A stretch of 56,890 nucleotides of DNA, filler included, from Squatina squatina (lineage: Eukaryota), in assembly GCA_031763465.1 (NCBI GenBank). It is 4 parts of 4 records of this genome, joined end to end, with 100 filler letters (N's around TTAATTAATTAA, not from the genome) between each part and the next. Parts side by side here need not be neighbours in the genome. Positions count along the whole stretch, not along the records: positions 29,414 to 42,393 come from JARFOE010000121.1; positions 42,494 to 56,890 come from JARFOE010000016.1; 2 more parts are not named here. One strand, given 5' to 3'. The notes beneath the pieces were generated by a model. That model saw only the letters and a list, made by a program, of their open reading frames with translations. It was not told where the DNA came from and did no database searches. Made by a program: the position numbers and the translations under genes. This document shows positions 35,705 through 49,299 of this stretch, one piece after another (within the stretch, counting starts at the first letter, position 1; each line of letters opens with the position of its first letter).

Positions 35705-37268
35705 NNNNNNNNNNNNNNNNNNNNNNNNNNNNNNNNNNNNNNNNNNNNNNNNNNNNNNNNNNNNNNNNNNNNNNNNNNNNNNNNNNNNNNNNNNNNNNNN
35801 NNNNGTATACCTAACAACCAGCTCAGCAAGCCAGACACATTATTAAGGTAACTTTTAAAAAATATTTGGGAACTTGTTTTTTATTTTCTTTGCGTGGTTC
35901 GGAGGTAATGAGTCCCACCTCGTCAAACAACAGTTAGTACAACTTACAGTTGTATATAAACCGGATAGAATTACATAAGTACTGCTGTGAAGTAGCGCAA
36001 AATAAATGAACTTGTATCATGGGTGAGCAAGAGAGTTGCTTGTAATTTTTGACATCAGCCATCAAGTGACTGTCAGATTGACGATCACTAACTACTAAAG
36101 TGGTTCTACCATTTTCAATAAGTGTCTAACACATGGACATGTTAAGAAATTGTGTGTACTGTTGTCTTTTTAAGACCTAGTATCATTGCTGTGTGACTGA
36201 GCTAAGTTTTGTATACGGTTTGTTATTTGTACACCGCTTGAGAAATCTTGCATATCTCAATTGTGATAGATACGATTTGAATACTTTGACAGGACGTGTC
36301 AATCATTGCAAAAACATCTTAGTGGGAAGCTATTGCATAAACGGTTCAAAGCCAGTTGTATTTCTTCAAGGCCCATTTTTCTTTAGCAAAAGAAAATTTT
36401 GTGCAAATAACCATTTGCAAATGTAGGTATTGATAGGAGTTTGACATTCTTCATGGTTATGTGACATTGAAGTAATGTATGGAGCTGTTAGTACAAAATT
36501 GTGTCTTCCACTTACTTTGGGTTTTCATATAGGAATGGGAGGTACCCATTTTTACTCTGTACTGACATCAGTGAAGAGTAAAGTCAGGCGGGGAGTTCGA
36601 AGGGCTGCCGGCCCGAGCCTGTCCATTTCTCATTGCGCAGTTTAGGTTAGAATGACCCCGCGGTGTCTCAAAACCTCAATACTTAGATTGTTAGTCAGGT
36701 GCAATAATGGATTCCCCCAAGGTTACTTCAGTTTCAGAACTGCTGAAAATCACCGACTATTTTCATAGAATAGAATGGTTACAGCATGGAAGAAGGCCAA
36801 TCAGCCTGTCGGGCCCGTGCTGACTATTGTATAGGACGGGCAGGTGCTGGGTGGGGGAGTAAAATGCCTCAACCTTCACCTGGTGGGAACCCTAGTTTCA
36901 GCCTCCTGCTACATATGATGAAGTTTAGGTAAGAGAGAAAATTGGACAATATGAACAAAAGCAGCTGAGTGTCTTGCCTTTGGTACACAAAATGATTCCT
37001 GTTTGTATTCCTTTGTCACAGCTATAACTACAAGGGTGCATTAATGCCCCAAATCCTCACCTTCAGGCAAAATTAATGTCAGCAATTTGAGAGCATTCCT
37101 CCATAAAGACTATCCTCCACCAAGCGCTTGCATGTTCAAAGTTGCAAAATCTCAAAGGCCTTTGAATACTTGTTCAAAACGTGTCGCACCCTGACACTGT
37201 CAATCCCAACAGCTGAACTAACTTGATCTTTTCATTTACTGAAGAGTTTTTCTCTCTCTTCTACACAG

Positions 37269-37429
37269 AAATGATGGAATTAAACAACGTGGTCACATTC
37301 GGTGGCATTGCAAACAGCTCCAGTTACCAAACCTTCTTGCTGGACGAGGAAAGAGGCAGACTCTTTGTTGGGGCCAAAGACCACATATTTTCTTTTAATC
37401 TGATCAACATAAACAAGGATGTTTTGAAG
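37269..37429 (+). CDS. SEMA3A: SEMA3A exon 2 (MMELNNVVTFGGIANSSSYQTFLLDEERGRLFVGAKDHIFSFNLININKDVLK)
   Basis: Matches SEMA3A NNVITFNGLANSSSYHTFLLDEERSRLYVGAKDHIFSF. 161 nt with AG/GT. Confidence 0.94.
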
Positions 37430-40400
37430 GTATGTGCCTGCATGCTATAGGAGTAGATAGCATGACTCCCCACTCCACCTTGCAGAAAACAATGCAGAAT
37501 TATTTTTGACAATATTAACTTGTTGTGAAGACATAAACACTGGGTTCCGCACCAAATGCAATTGAGAGGGTGGGAAAAGCAACGACATCTCAGGCATCCA
37601 TCGCAAGCTCTTATTTCCTTGCCAGTTTCCAGTCCTCCACTTTTCTCCTTAAGCCCCATTTCTGGGAATGCTTCCACCTGAGACCTCTCCCCAAGGCCGT
37701 TAGTCATGCATGAACAACGAAAGTCACTTTTGGCAAGCTATTCATCATGGCAGGCACCACAGCCGATTTTTCTGGCATTGTGGAAGGAGCACTGGGCTGT
37801 GTGGAGGTGCAGGACATGGGGGCATGGGACATGGGGGCATAGGGGTACGGGGCNNNNNNNNNNNNNNNNNNNNNNNNNNNNNNNNNNNNNNNNNNNNNNN
37901 NNNNNNNNNNNNNNNNNNNNNNNNNNNNNNNNNNNNNNNNNNNNNNNNNNNNNTTTATAACAATTGTCTGACCTCCAGTATTCTAGAATCATAGAATCTT
38001 ACAGTGCAGAAGGAGGCCATTCAGCCCATCGTGCCCTGCCGGCTCTTTGCAAGACCTATGCAATGAGTCTCACTCACTTGCTCTTCCCCAGTAGCCTTGC
38101 AAATTTTCCATTTTCAAGGATTTATCCAATTCCTGTTTGAAAGTTACTATTGAATCTGCTTCCACCGCCCTTCCAGGCAGTGCGTTCCAGATCACAACTA
38201 CTCTGATTTTTTTTTTAAATCTCCTTATCTCCCCTATTCAACTGAGTTCCAGGAGCTGAAGCAAGAATCAGGGAAAGCAGAAATGAAGGGGTTGAATTCG
38301 GAAAGGCTAGCAGTATGAAATAAATGAGTAACAAAAGAGAGGGGCGACAGAATTAAAGACAAGCGGATATCAATTCTAAAATCAAATAATATATTCAAAA
38401 AAAATCTGCTTAATAAAACATTGCTGAATCTTTTTTGCTACCAGCACATCAGTTTGGCCTGAGATCTTGCCAGGAATATTGCCGGATGTTGGTAGGTAAT
38501 TTTATTATGTTTAGTTGAGGGAGTTGCCTGATGTTTGAATGTAGATGGAACGTCATTAAGAAAAGGTCGTCCAACCCCTCCAGCTCATCATTCACCTCCT
38601 ACTCTCACTCCTATTTAATTCTTGCTTTTCCTGACTTTGAAGTTTTCACTCTTCCTGCAGGGGAAATGAAGTTTGGAATATGGTTTCAGGCTCTTCGATT
38701 ATGATTGCAATTCTGCAATTCTTCTGTCATGCGTGCTGACTAAAAACTGGGAAGTGCCTGCCCTTGATTATATAAAGTGTGTGGAACAGCGGTGAGAATT
38801 CCTGAGAAGTCTGGATATTTGTGTCAACCATGGCTGGTTTTAGGATAGTGTTTCTTTAATTACAGAATAAGTAAGAAGAATTTAACATATATATGTATTC
38901 AATGTTCTTAACTGGACCAGACCATATTGTAGTGTCCCAGTCCAACGTTCAACTGTTAATTGGAAGCAGCACTCTCTTATGGAAACAGCCACCCAAATGT
39001 AGTTTATCTATAAAATCAGCGCAATGACATCCAATACAAGTAATGCCATGTGGACCTGATCAAAATCCTCCACTCAACCCTGATTTTCTTCCTAGGAAAT
39101 GCCAGGAAAGTTTGTGATTCACAGTTCGTTCCCACAAAGAAAAAAGAGAAAGAAATGCAATTATTGCAAGCTGTTCTTGAGCTGGAATTAAAAACTCCTG
39201 TGAAAAGCTCCGGGTGTTTCCGAAGTAGCCATCAAATAAAAAGCTGAGATGAACATCAACATGAGGAATGTGTTTCCTATGAAATGAATGAAACTCTCTC
39301 AACGTTGTTTATAACTTGCTGTGTCAATGTGCTACAGGCCGAACCGTCTGTCCTGAAGATTCGGCAATTTTGTTTCTTTTTAAAATCTGTATCCGATTCG
39401 AGTCCATCTGTTTCACCTTTGCTTCAGAGTCACTGAATTAATGAATACCTGACATGCAGATGCAACATGGCTGGACTTATGATGCAGCTGGCCCATCTTA
39501 CGAGCGTCAAGTTTTAAAAATTGATCGAAATGCAGTAATTCCCAGACCAGCAGTGTTCTTTTAAGGATTGCCGGTTGGGCCTCTCAATGCCTGGAATGTG
39601 TTGTGCATGCTCCACCCGCTTCTCCTTGACTGTTGCAATCGGAGCCTCCAACTGGCGGAATGCCCCAATTGGCATATTTAACCAGCCCCACCCATCGCAC
39701 GCCTGTTGTGAGCGGGAGTTGTGGGCACCCATTTAAAGGCCTGCCTGAAAGTTGATCCAGGTGGGCAATAGTGCACACAAGGTGCTTTCAAGACTGAGAT
39801 CGATAGATTCTTGTTGGGTATGGGTATCAAGGGATACGGAGCAAAGGCAGGTAAATGGGGCTGAGGTATAGATCAGCCATGATCTAATAGAATGATGGGG
39901 CAACCTCAAGAGGATGAATGGCCTGCTCCTGCTCCTATGTTCCTACAAGGTCCTCGCCAGAGTCTCGTCCTCCATTTTGTCAGCCGAGACACGGGCAGCC
40001 AGCAGTTGAAGGTCACCGCCCACCGTCTACAAAATATAAACTTGTTAGTATAAGATTCACTTCTCCAATATCTGAGAGAAAACCAGCTTTCAAATACAAT
40101 TTAAAATCCAGGAAGATTTTCACTGTATATTCACACACACGATGAAATTTTTGTACATAAATAAAAATGGACTTTATTCACACAATGATAGTTTTTCCTG
40201 GGAATGTGCCAGTTCCCTCATCTGCAGAGTTGATGATGGCTGATAACTTCGGTATGTTCTGATCCGTTATCGGAGGGTCTCCTGTGGTGGGTTCAAGTTG
40301 GCTGTTGAAAGGCCTCGTTTGAATGTTCTTGCAGCTGATGGAATGTCACAACAAAATGAGCTGCGAACGTTCCAGATCAAATGCCTATCCACAAGGCCAG

Positions 40401-41286
40401 AGGTTTTACAATTTTGCTCTTATTACATAGGAACAGGAGGAAGCCATTCAGCCCTTTGAACTTATTCCAGCATTCAATTAGATCTGTATCTCAATTCCAT
40501 TTACTGCCTTGGTCCCGTGACACTTAATGGGACCTTGTAGNNNNNNNNNNNNNNNNNNNNNNNNNNNNNNNNNNNNNNNNNNNNNNNNNNNNNNNNNNNN
40601 NNNNNNNNNNNNNNNNNNNNNNNNNNNNNNNNNNNNNNNNAAAAGCAAGTGTTGTCACCGCCCATTTAGCGCCCAAAGAATTGAGTGCAATTCTGGATGG
40701 GCAGCCATTTTGGGCGGCGTGTGCAATGATGATGTCACAGCGCCGCTCGCGCCTCAATCGTTATGGGGAGCGCAAACAGGACCCGAATTTTGCGCCTGCG
40801 TTTTAGTGCCAAAAGTGGCTTAATGCCAGTTTTGCACCGATTTCTTGCTAGATGTTTTACCACGAATTGGCCGCCCTAGATCTTTCTTTGCTCAAGTCCT
40901 GTAACTGCTTCTCTGTATGATTACCTCCAGTGCTTCAATAGACAGCCTACTGTGTGGATGGGAGATAGGATATACACTTGCTGAAAACAGCAATATTGGG
41001 AGTTAATTGGCAGGAGGCAATTTGTTAAATGAATTTCTCATTGTTGTCTCTCCATCCGTTTGTTTAGAGAGATTTTTGCATTCGCCGTCTTTTCACAGTA
41101 GGGAAGGCTGCCCTTCGCCGGCTTGCCTCCATCGCAAGGCAGTTTCCAAGGCTACCGTTACCCAACGAACGGCGTAATGTCTGACAAACACAGCTCCCTA
41201 TTCTGGTAGCCAAACCGCACGGAACCTGATGATTTCTACTCGAGCGCTGCTTCTGTTTGCTAACCTGTATTTCTATCTCGAGATAA

Positions 41287-41571
<285 letters not shown>

Positions 41572-42393
41572 TAAAATAATTCCTTTTCCAAATCCTCTTG
41601 GTAGAAAAATGGTCAATCATAAATCCTGAAACGTAGCAGATATTTAAATTAGACAGAAATGAATGGTTGGCATCATGCGTCTGAATTCTCATTGCACTCA
41701 GTGTAGCTTACAGCCAGACAAGTGAAGCTTCCTGGCTTGCCAAAATCAGCTGGCAGAACTGTTACATTTAACAGTGCTCCCTACCTGGACTTACTTGCCC
41801 ATATCTCATGTGTGTCTGCAGAGTGTTAATTTTCTCCTCCATTGCAGATCTACTGAGGTGTACTTTAAACTGACGGAGTGAGAGATTGTATGGTCACCTG
41901 CAAATTTATGACCTAACCTAAGCAAGAGTTTCGATTGAGCAGTATGGGTTTCCTCATAGGGATTCCTCTGTATGCAGATGAAAAAGGAGACGAGAAGGGA
42001 GCAAATGAGAATGTGAATGAGGGGAAAAGGGGAGAGCGACCTTAAGTTGGTCCAGTTGGTGTTAAAGCAGACTGCACCAGAGTAAGGTGAGATACTGAAG
42101 TTTGTTTTGAGTTTAGTTTAAGAGGCAAATCACAGGCAGAACTGGGGATGGGGAGGAGAGTTAACATAGCAGTCGCAGGGACATTGCATTATACTGCTGG
42201 GCAAAATGGATGTAAGTGTTTATTTTTCTATCTTGGGCGAACCGAGACGATGGGAGCACTCACGCAAGTTCTTGGACGATGAGTGAAAACAGATGTGACA
42301 CAACACAGGTTTAACACGATGCGATCAGGCAATTTTATTAAAAGGTACAAAAACTGCTAATGCTATCGCTCCAAGCGATACAATAGCCCGTAC

Positions 42394-42493
42394 NNNNNNN
42401 NNNNNNNNNNNNNNNNNNNNNNNNNNNNNNNNNNNNNTTAATTAATTAANNNNNNNNNNNNNNNNNNNNNNNNNNNNNNNNNNNNNNNNNNNN
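42394..42493. other. Artificial segment linker (44N-TTAATTAATTAA-44N)
   Basis: Same structure as the other two, 12-mer at 42438-42449. Confidence 0.95.
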
Positions 42494-45400
42494 AGATATG
42501 CTGATGGGGTGAGATGCATTAGGGTGGGAGGAGACTCATGTGGAGCATAAACGCCGGCATGGACCTGTTGGGCCGAATGGCCTGTTTCTGTGCTGAACGT
42601 TCTAGATAACGCTACTTAAAAAGAGTAAGACTGTGAGATGCGAGGAGTTCAACAGTTTTCGAAGTCCCCATAGGAATTGAGTTAGAGCTGGAGATGGCGA
42701 GACGCTGTAGGAGATCGGGAAGAGCTTGTAGGATGGCTGGCAGGATGTCATGAAACCTCCCTGTTTTGAGGGATTTCAAACAATTATCAACTGTTCCATA
42801 AACAACTTGCAAGTCTTCGTAAATGCAGTGTTAAACACTAATTAGCTGGGTCAGGCGGGGAGAGCCGCAAAGAGAATCCCAGGTACTTGGTGTCACTCCA
42901 GTTCCATGGTTTGAACTCATTACACATGTCAGCACAAGGCAGGAAAGTATCAGCCAGCTCCCCTGAGTCTGGGATGCCTTCTTGCTTGTGTCTGAAGCCC
43001 AAGCCTAATTAGTGATAGAAATCACTGAACAAATTGGGTGCAGGTAGCAACGAGAGGTGCCAGTAGGCACAGTAATAACCTCAATTAATTTTTTTACTGG
43101 GAAAAAAACCTGAAGTAATTACAAAGTTCGTACATGCATTATCTTAATCTATGGAACATGGCCCTTATTTTAAGAGTGAAATTGGAGCACTTGCTTAATA
43201 TTTTAACCTTAGGAATTTTTTAAGTGAGTATTAATTTTTGATGCACTGCCCCCTTCCAGTTGAAAACATCATGTGTGGTTGATGGTTCCAATGGTTCATC
43301 ATAAATAGGGAACTGAAGATATTCCACATTTTACGAGTGTAATGACAGTGACTGTAGTGCTTGGCGTACATTTACATTGCTTTCTGCCAGAATCAGAGAA
43401 GCATTCAGCATGGAAGGAGGCCATTCGGCCCATTATGCTTGTGCCAGAAAGAGCTATCCAATTGCCCCACTCCCCTGAATTATACATTAAGCATAAATGC
43501 ATTTTGAAATCAAGGACACATCATCTAAACTTATTCAAAATTACTATCAGATTTAAACCTATTTCTTCCCACTGCTCTAATTGGTAGTAAAGAAATTGCA
43601 AGGCAGCTGACAATCAGGATGAAGTAAATTCAATGTTGGTACCTACTGTAGATATAAGCTATATGAGATGTATTGTGGAAACAGTGTTTATAAGCAAAAT
43701 ACTGAACTAAACATGTGCGGGAGTTTTAACTCTCAACTTCACTTCTGAGACCTACAAATGGATTTTAGTGGTTATAAATAAACACTAATGTACACTGGAA
43801 CAAGAAATATGAAATATATGCTATGAAGAGGTCATTTTTAGGAAAGATAATTGTGATCACACCTGGAATTAAACTGCTGCTGACGTCTGTTTTTTCCAAA
43901 GTCAAGAGCACACTAACCTAATGCCAGAGAATGCATATGGTACAGGGATTCTATTTTGATGTTGGCCAGTAGACATGAAGGGTCCTAATTTCTAATGGGC
44001 TGACTGCCAACCCACCAGAAGTGTCTCCTCGTAAAGGGGAGAGACACCGCAATAATTTCAGCAAGGGGCGACCAGCCCAAAGAGATTATTGAACAAAGCA
44101 AACCAACTGAAATATCAAATCCAAATGGTGAAATTAGGGAAAATTAAAATATTGTGTGTGGTGATCACTGGCCACAGAAGATATCAATTAGTCAATATAT
44201 GCTGCATGTTGGTACTTAAGGGTCACTTGGGCTCGAAATAAGCAGAGGAATCCTTCCTTGCAATTCTACGCACCCTGGATCAATAAAAATNNNNNNNNNN
44301 NNNNNNNNNNNNNNNNNNNNNNNNNNNNNNNNNNNNNNNNNNNNNNNNNNNNNNNNNNNNNNNNNNNNNNNNNNNNNNNNNNNNNNNNNNTGCCGGCGCT
44401 CCAAAGGAGGAATTTTTCCCATGAGACACAACGAGGGCGGTAAGCCATCGCGGCTGCGCGGTAAGGGTTCGGCACGCACATATATGACATCGCGTGCCCA
44501 CCCACTGCAAAATTCCCCGGCCCAGGCGCATTTGTGCCTTGGGAAACCCCTGATGAATTTCCCGGCAGGCGAGATAGCCACCTCCTGGTGCCATTTTTTT
44601 GCATTTTCGCCCCATTAGTGCCACAGAAAGTTATAAAATAACTTTGGAGTGAGGCACTCGCAACCGTTTGACTCAAAGGTGAGAACGATACCAACCAGGC
44701 CACAGCAGACTCCAAGGTGAAGGAACGGAAGTTCGGAGTGAAAATAAATTACCTTTAAGTGATGTTTACGGCAGTGAGCAATAACATAAAACTGGAAATA
44801 TATTCTGTACGAGCCCAGGATGAAGTCTGCAGTCACTTTGGAGATGATCACACTTTAATATTTGCCTCCAGAGTACTTTCTTACAGGCAGCTAGCCTCAA
44901 TTTACTGCAATTATTGGAGCTAAAAATGTTTCTCATGTCTCAGTGCTACATATGAGTGATTACTATTAATCATAAAGCCTCCCTAACTGCTTGTCTGACT
45001 TGCAAGGAAGCAGAGAGATGTCAGAGAAGATCATCACAAGACTGCTCACCAGTTTTTTCTCCTACTCTAGAGGGGCTCAGCTACAGAGCGGGGTGGGGGG
45101 GATTGAACCATAGGCTGAATTTTCCAGTGTTGTTGAGGACGCAATTGGAGGTGGGAAAGTTGTTATTGTTGGGAGCGGGTCTGGAACCCACTTTCACATG
45201 CCTTTCCCGTGACGCGTCTGCTAGCACGGAGCCGATCCGACCAGCGGAGGAGGCTGACCCAATTTAAATTATTAGTGGCTTGTTGTCAGACCCTTAGGAG
45301 TGGTTTTAACCTTACTTTTTAAATTTAACTGCATGGCCATGGGAAACACGCTGCCCAGGAACCACGTCTGTCAACCTGAGGCGGGAGTTCAGTGGCCATN

Positions 45401-46149
45401 NNNNNNNNNNNNNNNNNNNNNNNNNNNNNNNNNNNNNNNNNNNNNNNNNNNNNNNNNNNNNNNNNNNNNNNNNNNNNNNNNNNNNNNNNNNNNNNNNNNA
45501 AGCAGGCAGAGCGGCGACTGGAACATTTTATTTTCAAATTCAGGGGCTGCAGCTCCTCCTAATTAAAGGATCAGAATTAATCTACATAGTTTACAAAAAA
45601 AGGTTGGCTAATTAGTTGGCAGAGGCTGATTTCACATTGCAAATCAGTGTATTAGCATACATTGACTGAATTCAGGAATGTGGATTATTTTTTGGAAGAG
45701 AGAGACATACACGATTGCCTCTTTTTCTCGCTCGCACCCCTTCTGTCATTTGATGTGGCTTCAGGCTCATTTATAAGAACGTGCTGCTAAGATTAAAGAC
45801 ACGGTGGCTTCTTTTCTCTTGGCACACTGAGCTTTCGACTCTCAGGTTCAAATCGAGTCCAGAAAAATGGGACAATCCCTGTTGGATGAGTGGCATTGGT
45901 CAGTGTTTCTGAACACAATCCAAGTCACCAGCGCAGATCTGCTTTAAATTGGCATTAAATGACCAATTGTACAGCCAGAGGGCACAAAAATGGTTTATCT
46001 GGGAAACCAAAATGTCACCGTTGCGTAATAAATCGCTTATGAGAAGAAATAGAAAAAGAGTATTTTTTAAAATGGTGAGAAACTCGAAAATGTTGGTGCT
46101 CAGGGAGCTTTGAGTGTTCTAGTACAAGAAACGGGGAAAAAAAAAATCG

Positions 46150-46764
46150 ACCTCCTTTGCACCACCTGTTAGCGTCTCCGGGGGGAAGGCAAGAAGGGAG
46201 CGCCAACGGCTTTCCAACCATGCGCGACACCCACAAACCTCCCTTACAGGTTAGCGATGGCGGTAAACCTTAACGCCATGATCTCCTGTGCCCCGGAAAT
46301 CGTGACGTCATCCAGTACGTAGTGCCCCCGATCCTAAATTTGCTTCCGCCCTCTGCAGCATCGCTGCACATCAACAACTCCAGCTGCAGGAGACGTTGAG
46401 AGGTCGGCTGACCGCATGGGGAGCGGCAGTTAAAGGGATTGATGGTGAGGTAGGGCAGAAAAACTTTCACCCCTCTCTGCTCATTTTTAAAATTTTTCCA
46501 ATGCCGAGATTGATCAGCCTTGCACTCTGTTGGAGTGCTTGGGGTTGATCATCGCGGATCGCAGGTGCTGTCATTTAGCAACGTCCTCAGTAATGGCCCT
46601 TCCCTTTAAGGGATGGAAGGAGCTTGTGAGTCTGGCAGCGCTGCACAGGACAATATGCAGCGCTCTGCTGCTGATGCCCATCTCGCCTCATTTAGTGCTC
46701 CAAGGGAAGTGGTAGTGCTTGATCTCGCAATCACTGAAATGTGGCGCTACGCAATTTCTAGCCC
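46150..46764. mobile_element. GC-rich Harbinger-like MITE
   Basis: Ends in CAATTTCTAGCCC|TTA and contains CCCTTTAAGGG, as in 953-1682. Confidence 0.6.
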
Positions 46765-47269
46765 TTAGGGTCGACTACAGATGACCAGGATAGATAAAGT
46801 AGAACGATAGCATCTGATACAACTGATGTAATATTAACTGGGAATTCATTAATGGAGAAGTGGCAACAGAATCTGGACTAATAGAAGTTGTGCGAAGCTG
46901 TTTCTTGTCACAATGGCCCTGAAATTGCAGTCGGAGGCTTCCCGTGGGTGGATGCCTCTGATCCGCAAGAAATGCTGTCTCCGGAGCTTCGGACACTTGC
47001 AGTCCTGGGCCTGCAGACATACGCCTGTGGAAAGGCCCACGTAATTCCGGGCACAAATGGTTCCCAAGCATCACGTGGGCAGGCCGAACCAATCAAAAAG
47101 GGGGATTCCCATTATGTTTTAAGGGATTCCATTTACGTACAGAATCCCCACAAGCATAATAGGAATCTTCTAAAAAATACATTTTCACCCAACCTAAATA
47201 AAAAGAAATCACCAATCGCAGTTGAGTTGCGACACGTTCGAAACACGTATGAGGCGGTGCCGGCATTTC

Positions 47270-47472
47270 TCTTGCTGGCGCCCGCCCTGCCCCTCCTATA
47301 ATTCAGTGGTCTGGGGTGCCTGCGGGATGCAGTGCGCACCCAGACGTTCATGGGGTGGCAAGACTCGGAAGCTGGTGTCGTGGCTTCAGCGCCGCGTCAT
47401 CGGCGTCCGAAATGCCGCGTCAGCACACAGCGCGCTGACGTCAAGCAGCATAGCCGGGCCTCCCTTAAAGGG
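47270..47472 (-). mobile_element. Fragment of the 953-1682 MITE family
   Basis: Reverse complement of 47400-47472 aligns by eye with 1448-1520. Confidence 0.65.
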
Positions 47473-48884
47473 NNNNNNNNNNNNNNNNNNNNNNNNNNNN
47501 NNNNNNNNNNNNNNNNNNNNNNNNNNNNNNNNNNNNNNNNNNNNNNNNNNNNNNNNNNNNNNNNNNNNNNNNNNNNNNNNNNNNNNNNNNNNNNNNNNNN
47601 NNNNNNNNNNNNNNNNNNNNNNNNNNNNNNNNNNNNNNNNNNNNNNNNNNNNNNNNNNNNNNNNNNNNNNNNNNNNNNNNNNNNNNNNNNNNNNNNNNNN
47701 NNNNNNNNNNNNNNNNNNNNNNNNNNNNNNNNNNNNNNNNNNNNNNNNNNNNNNNNNNNNNNNNNNNNNNNNNNNNNNNNNNNNNNNNNNNNNNNNNNNN
47801 NNNNNNNNNNNNNNNNNNNNNNNNNNNNNNNNNNNNNNNNNNNNNNNNNNNNNNNNNNNNNNNNNNNNNNNNNNNNNNNNNNNNNNNNNNNNNNNNNNNN
47901 NNNNNNNNNNNNNNNNNNNNNNNNNNNNNNNNNNNNNNNNNNNNNNNNNNNNNNNNNNNNNNNNNNNNNNNNNNNNNNNNNNNNNNNNNNNNNNNNNNNN
48001 NNNNNNNNNNNNNNNNNNNNNNNNNNNNNNNNNNNNNNNNNNNNNNNNNNNNNNNNNNNNNNNNNNNNNNNNNNNNNNNNNNNNNNNNNNNNNNNNNNNN
48101 NNNNNNNNNNNNNNNNNNNNNNNNNNNNNNNNNNNNNNNNNNNNNNNNNNNNNNNNNNNNNNNNNNNNNNNNNNNNNNNNNNNNNNNNNNNNNNNNNNNN
48201 NNNNNNNNNNNNNNNNNNNNNNNNNNNNNNNNNNNNNNNNNNNNNNNNNNNNNNNNNNNNNNNNNNNNNNNNNNNNNNNNNNNNNNNNNNNNNNNNNNNN
48301 NNNNNNNNNNNNNNNNNNNNNNNNNNNNNNNNNNNNNNNNNNNNNNNNNNNNNNNNNNNNNNNNNNNNNNNNNNNNNNNNNNNNNNNNNNNNNNNNNNNN
48401 NNNNNNNNNNNNNNNNNNNNNNNNNNNNNNNNNNNNNNNNNNNNNTAACCCAGGATAGCTTGATAATCACACCCATGGCCAAAGTGGACAAACAATTCCA
48501 TTCCCCAACACCCCTCACCTCTAGGGAAGTACATAATCGTCAGAAAATAGGCACCTTGTGTAAAATCTTTCAGGCAAGCTCATTTTAAAATTCCAGGCTC
48601 TGATTTCTGCTTTGGGCTACATGCTGAGAATATGATACTTCATGTTTAGTGAGTTGTTTGAATGTACTAATTGCTCCGTTGCTTGACATAATGGGTTTTG
48701 AGTGAATGCTTTTCTTGTAGCCTTGCCTTTTTATATCTATTTACAGCACTTTGAAATGTTCTGCTCGGCTTGATNNNNNNNNNNCATCTGATGGCAGTGG
48801 GAAAACAGGCAGAGATTCTGCACATTTTTTTTGTCTCTCAATTGGATGGCAACAGACAAGCTTCAGAAAGCCCAGCATACTCAC

Positions 48885-49299
48885 ATTTCTATTACACCTT
48901 TAATGTAATAAAACATCCCACGGCTCTTCACAAAAAAAGACTTGCATCTCGACAGCGCCTTTCACGACCACCAGATGTCCCAAAGTGCTTTACAGCCAAT
49001 TATGCACTTTTTTTGTAATGTAGGAAACGCGGCAGCCAATTTGCGCACAGCAAGCTCCCACAAACAGCAACGTGATAGTTACCAAGGAAGAAGATGCTGC
49101 CAAAGTCATAGTGAAAGAGGAGGTTGTGGAGATACTGGATGGGGTAAAAATTGATGAGGAGGAGGCAGTGAAAAGACTGGCTGTATTTAAAGCAGATCAG
49201 TCACCAGGGCCGGATGGGATGCATCCTAGGATGCTGAGGGAAGTAAAGGTAGAAATTGCGGAGGTACTGGCCATAATCTTCTGATCCTCCTTGGATACG
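48885..49299. mobile_element. Deu-SINE tail (-) abutting a CR1 ORF2 fragment (+)
   Basis: SINE tail to ~49074, then KADQSPGPDGMHPRMLREVKVEIAEVLAIIF. Confidence 0.8.

Noticed and set aside
47222-48588. Long ORFs of 370-420 aa (also 2535-3226 and 24572-25466)
   Set aside because: They consist almost entirely of translated N runs.
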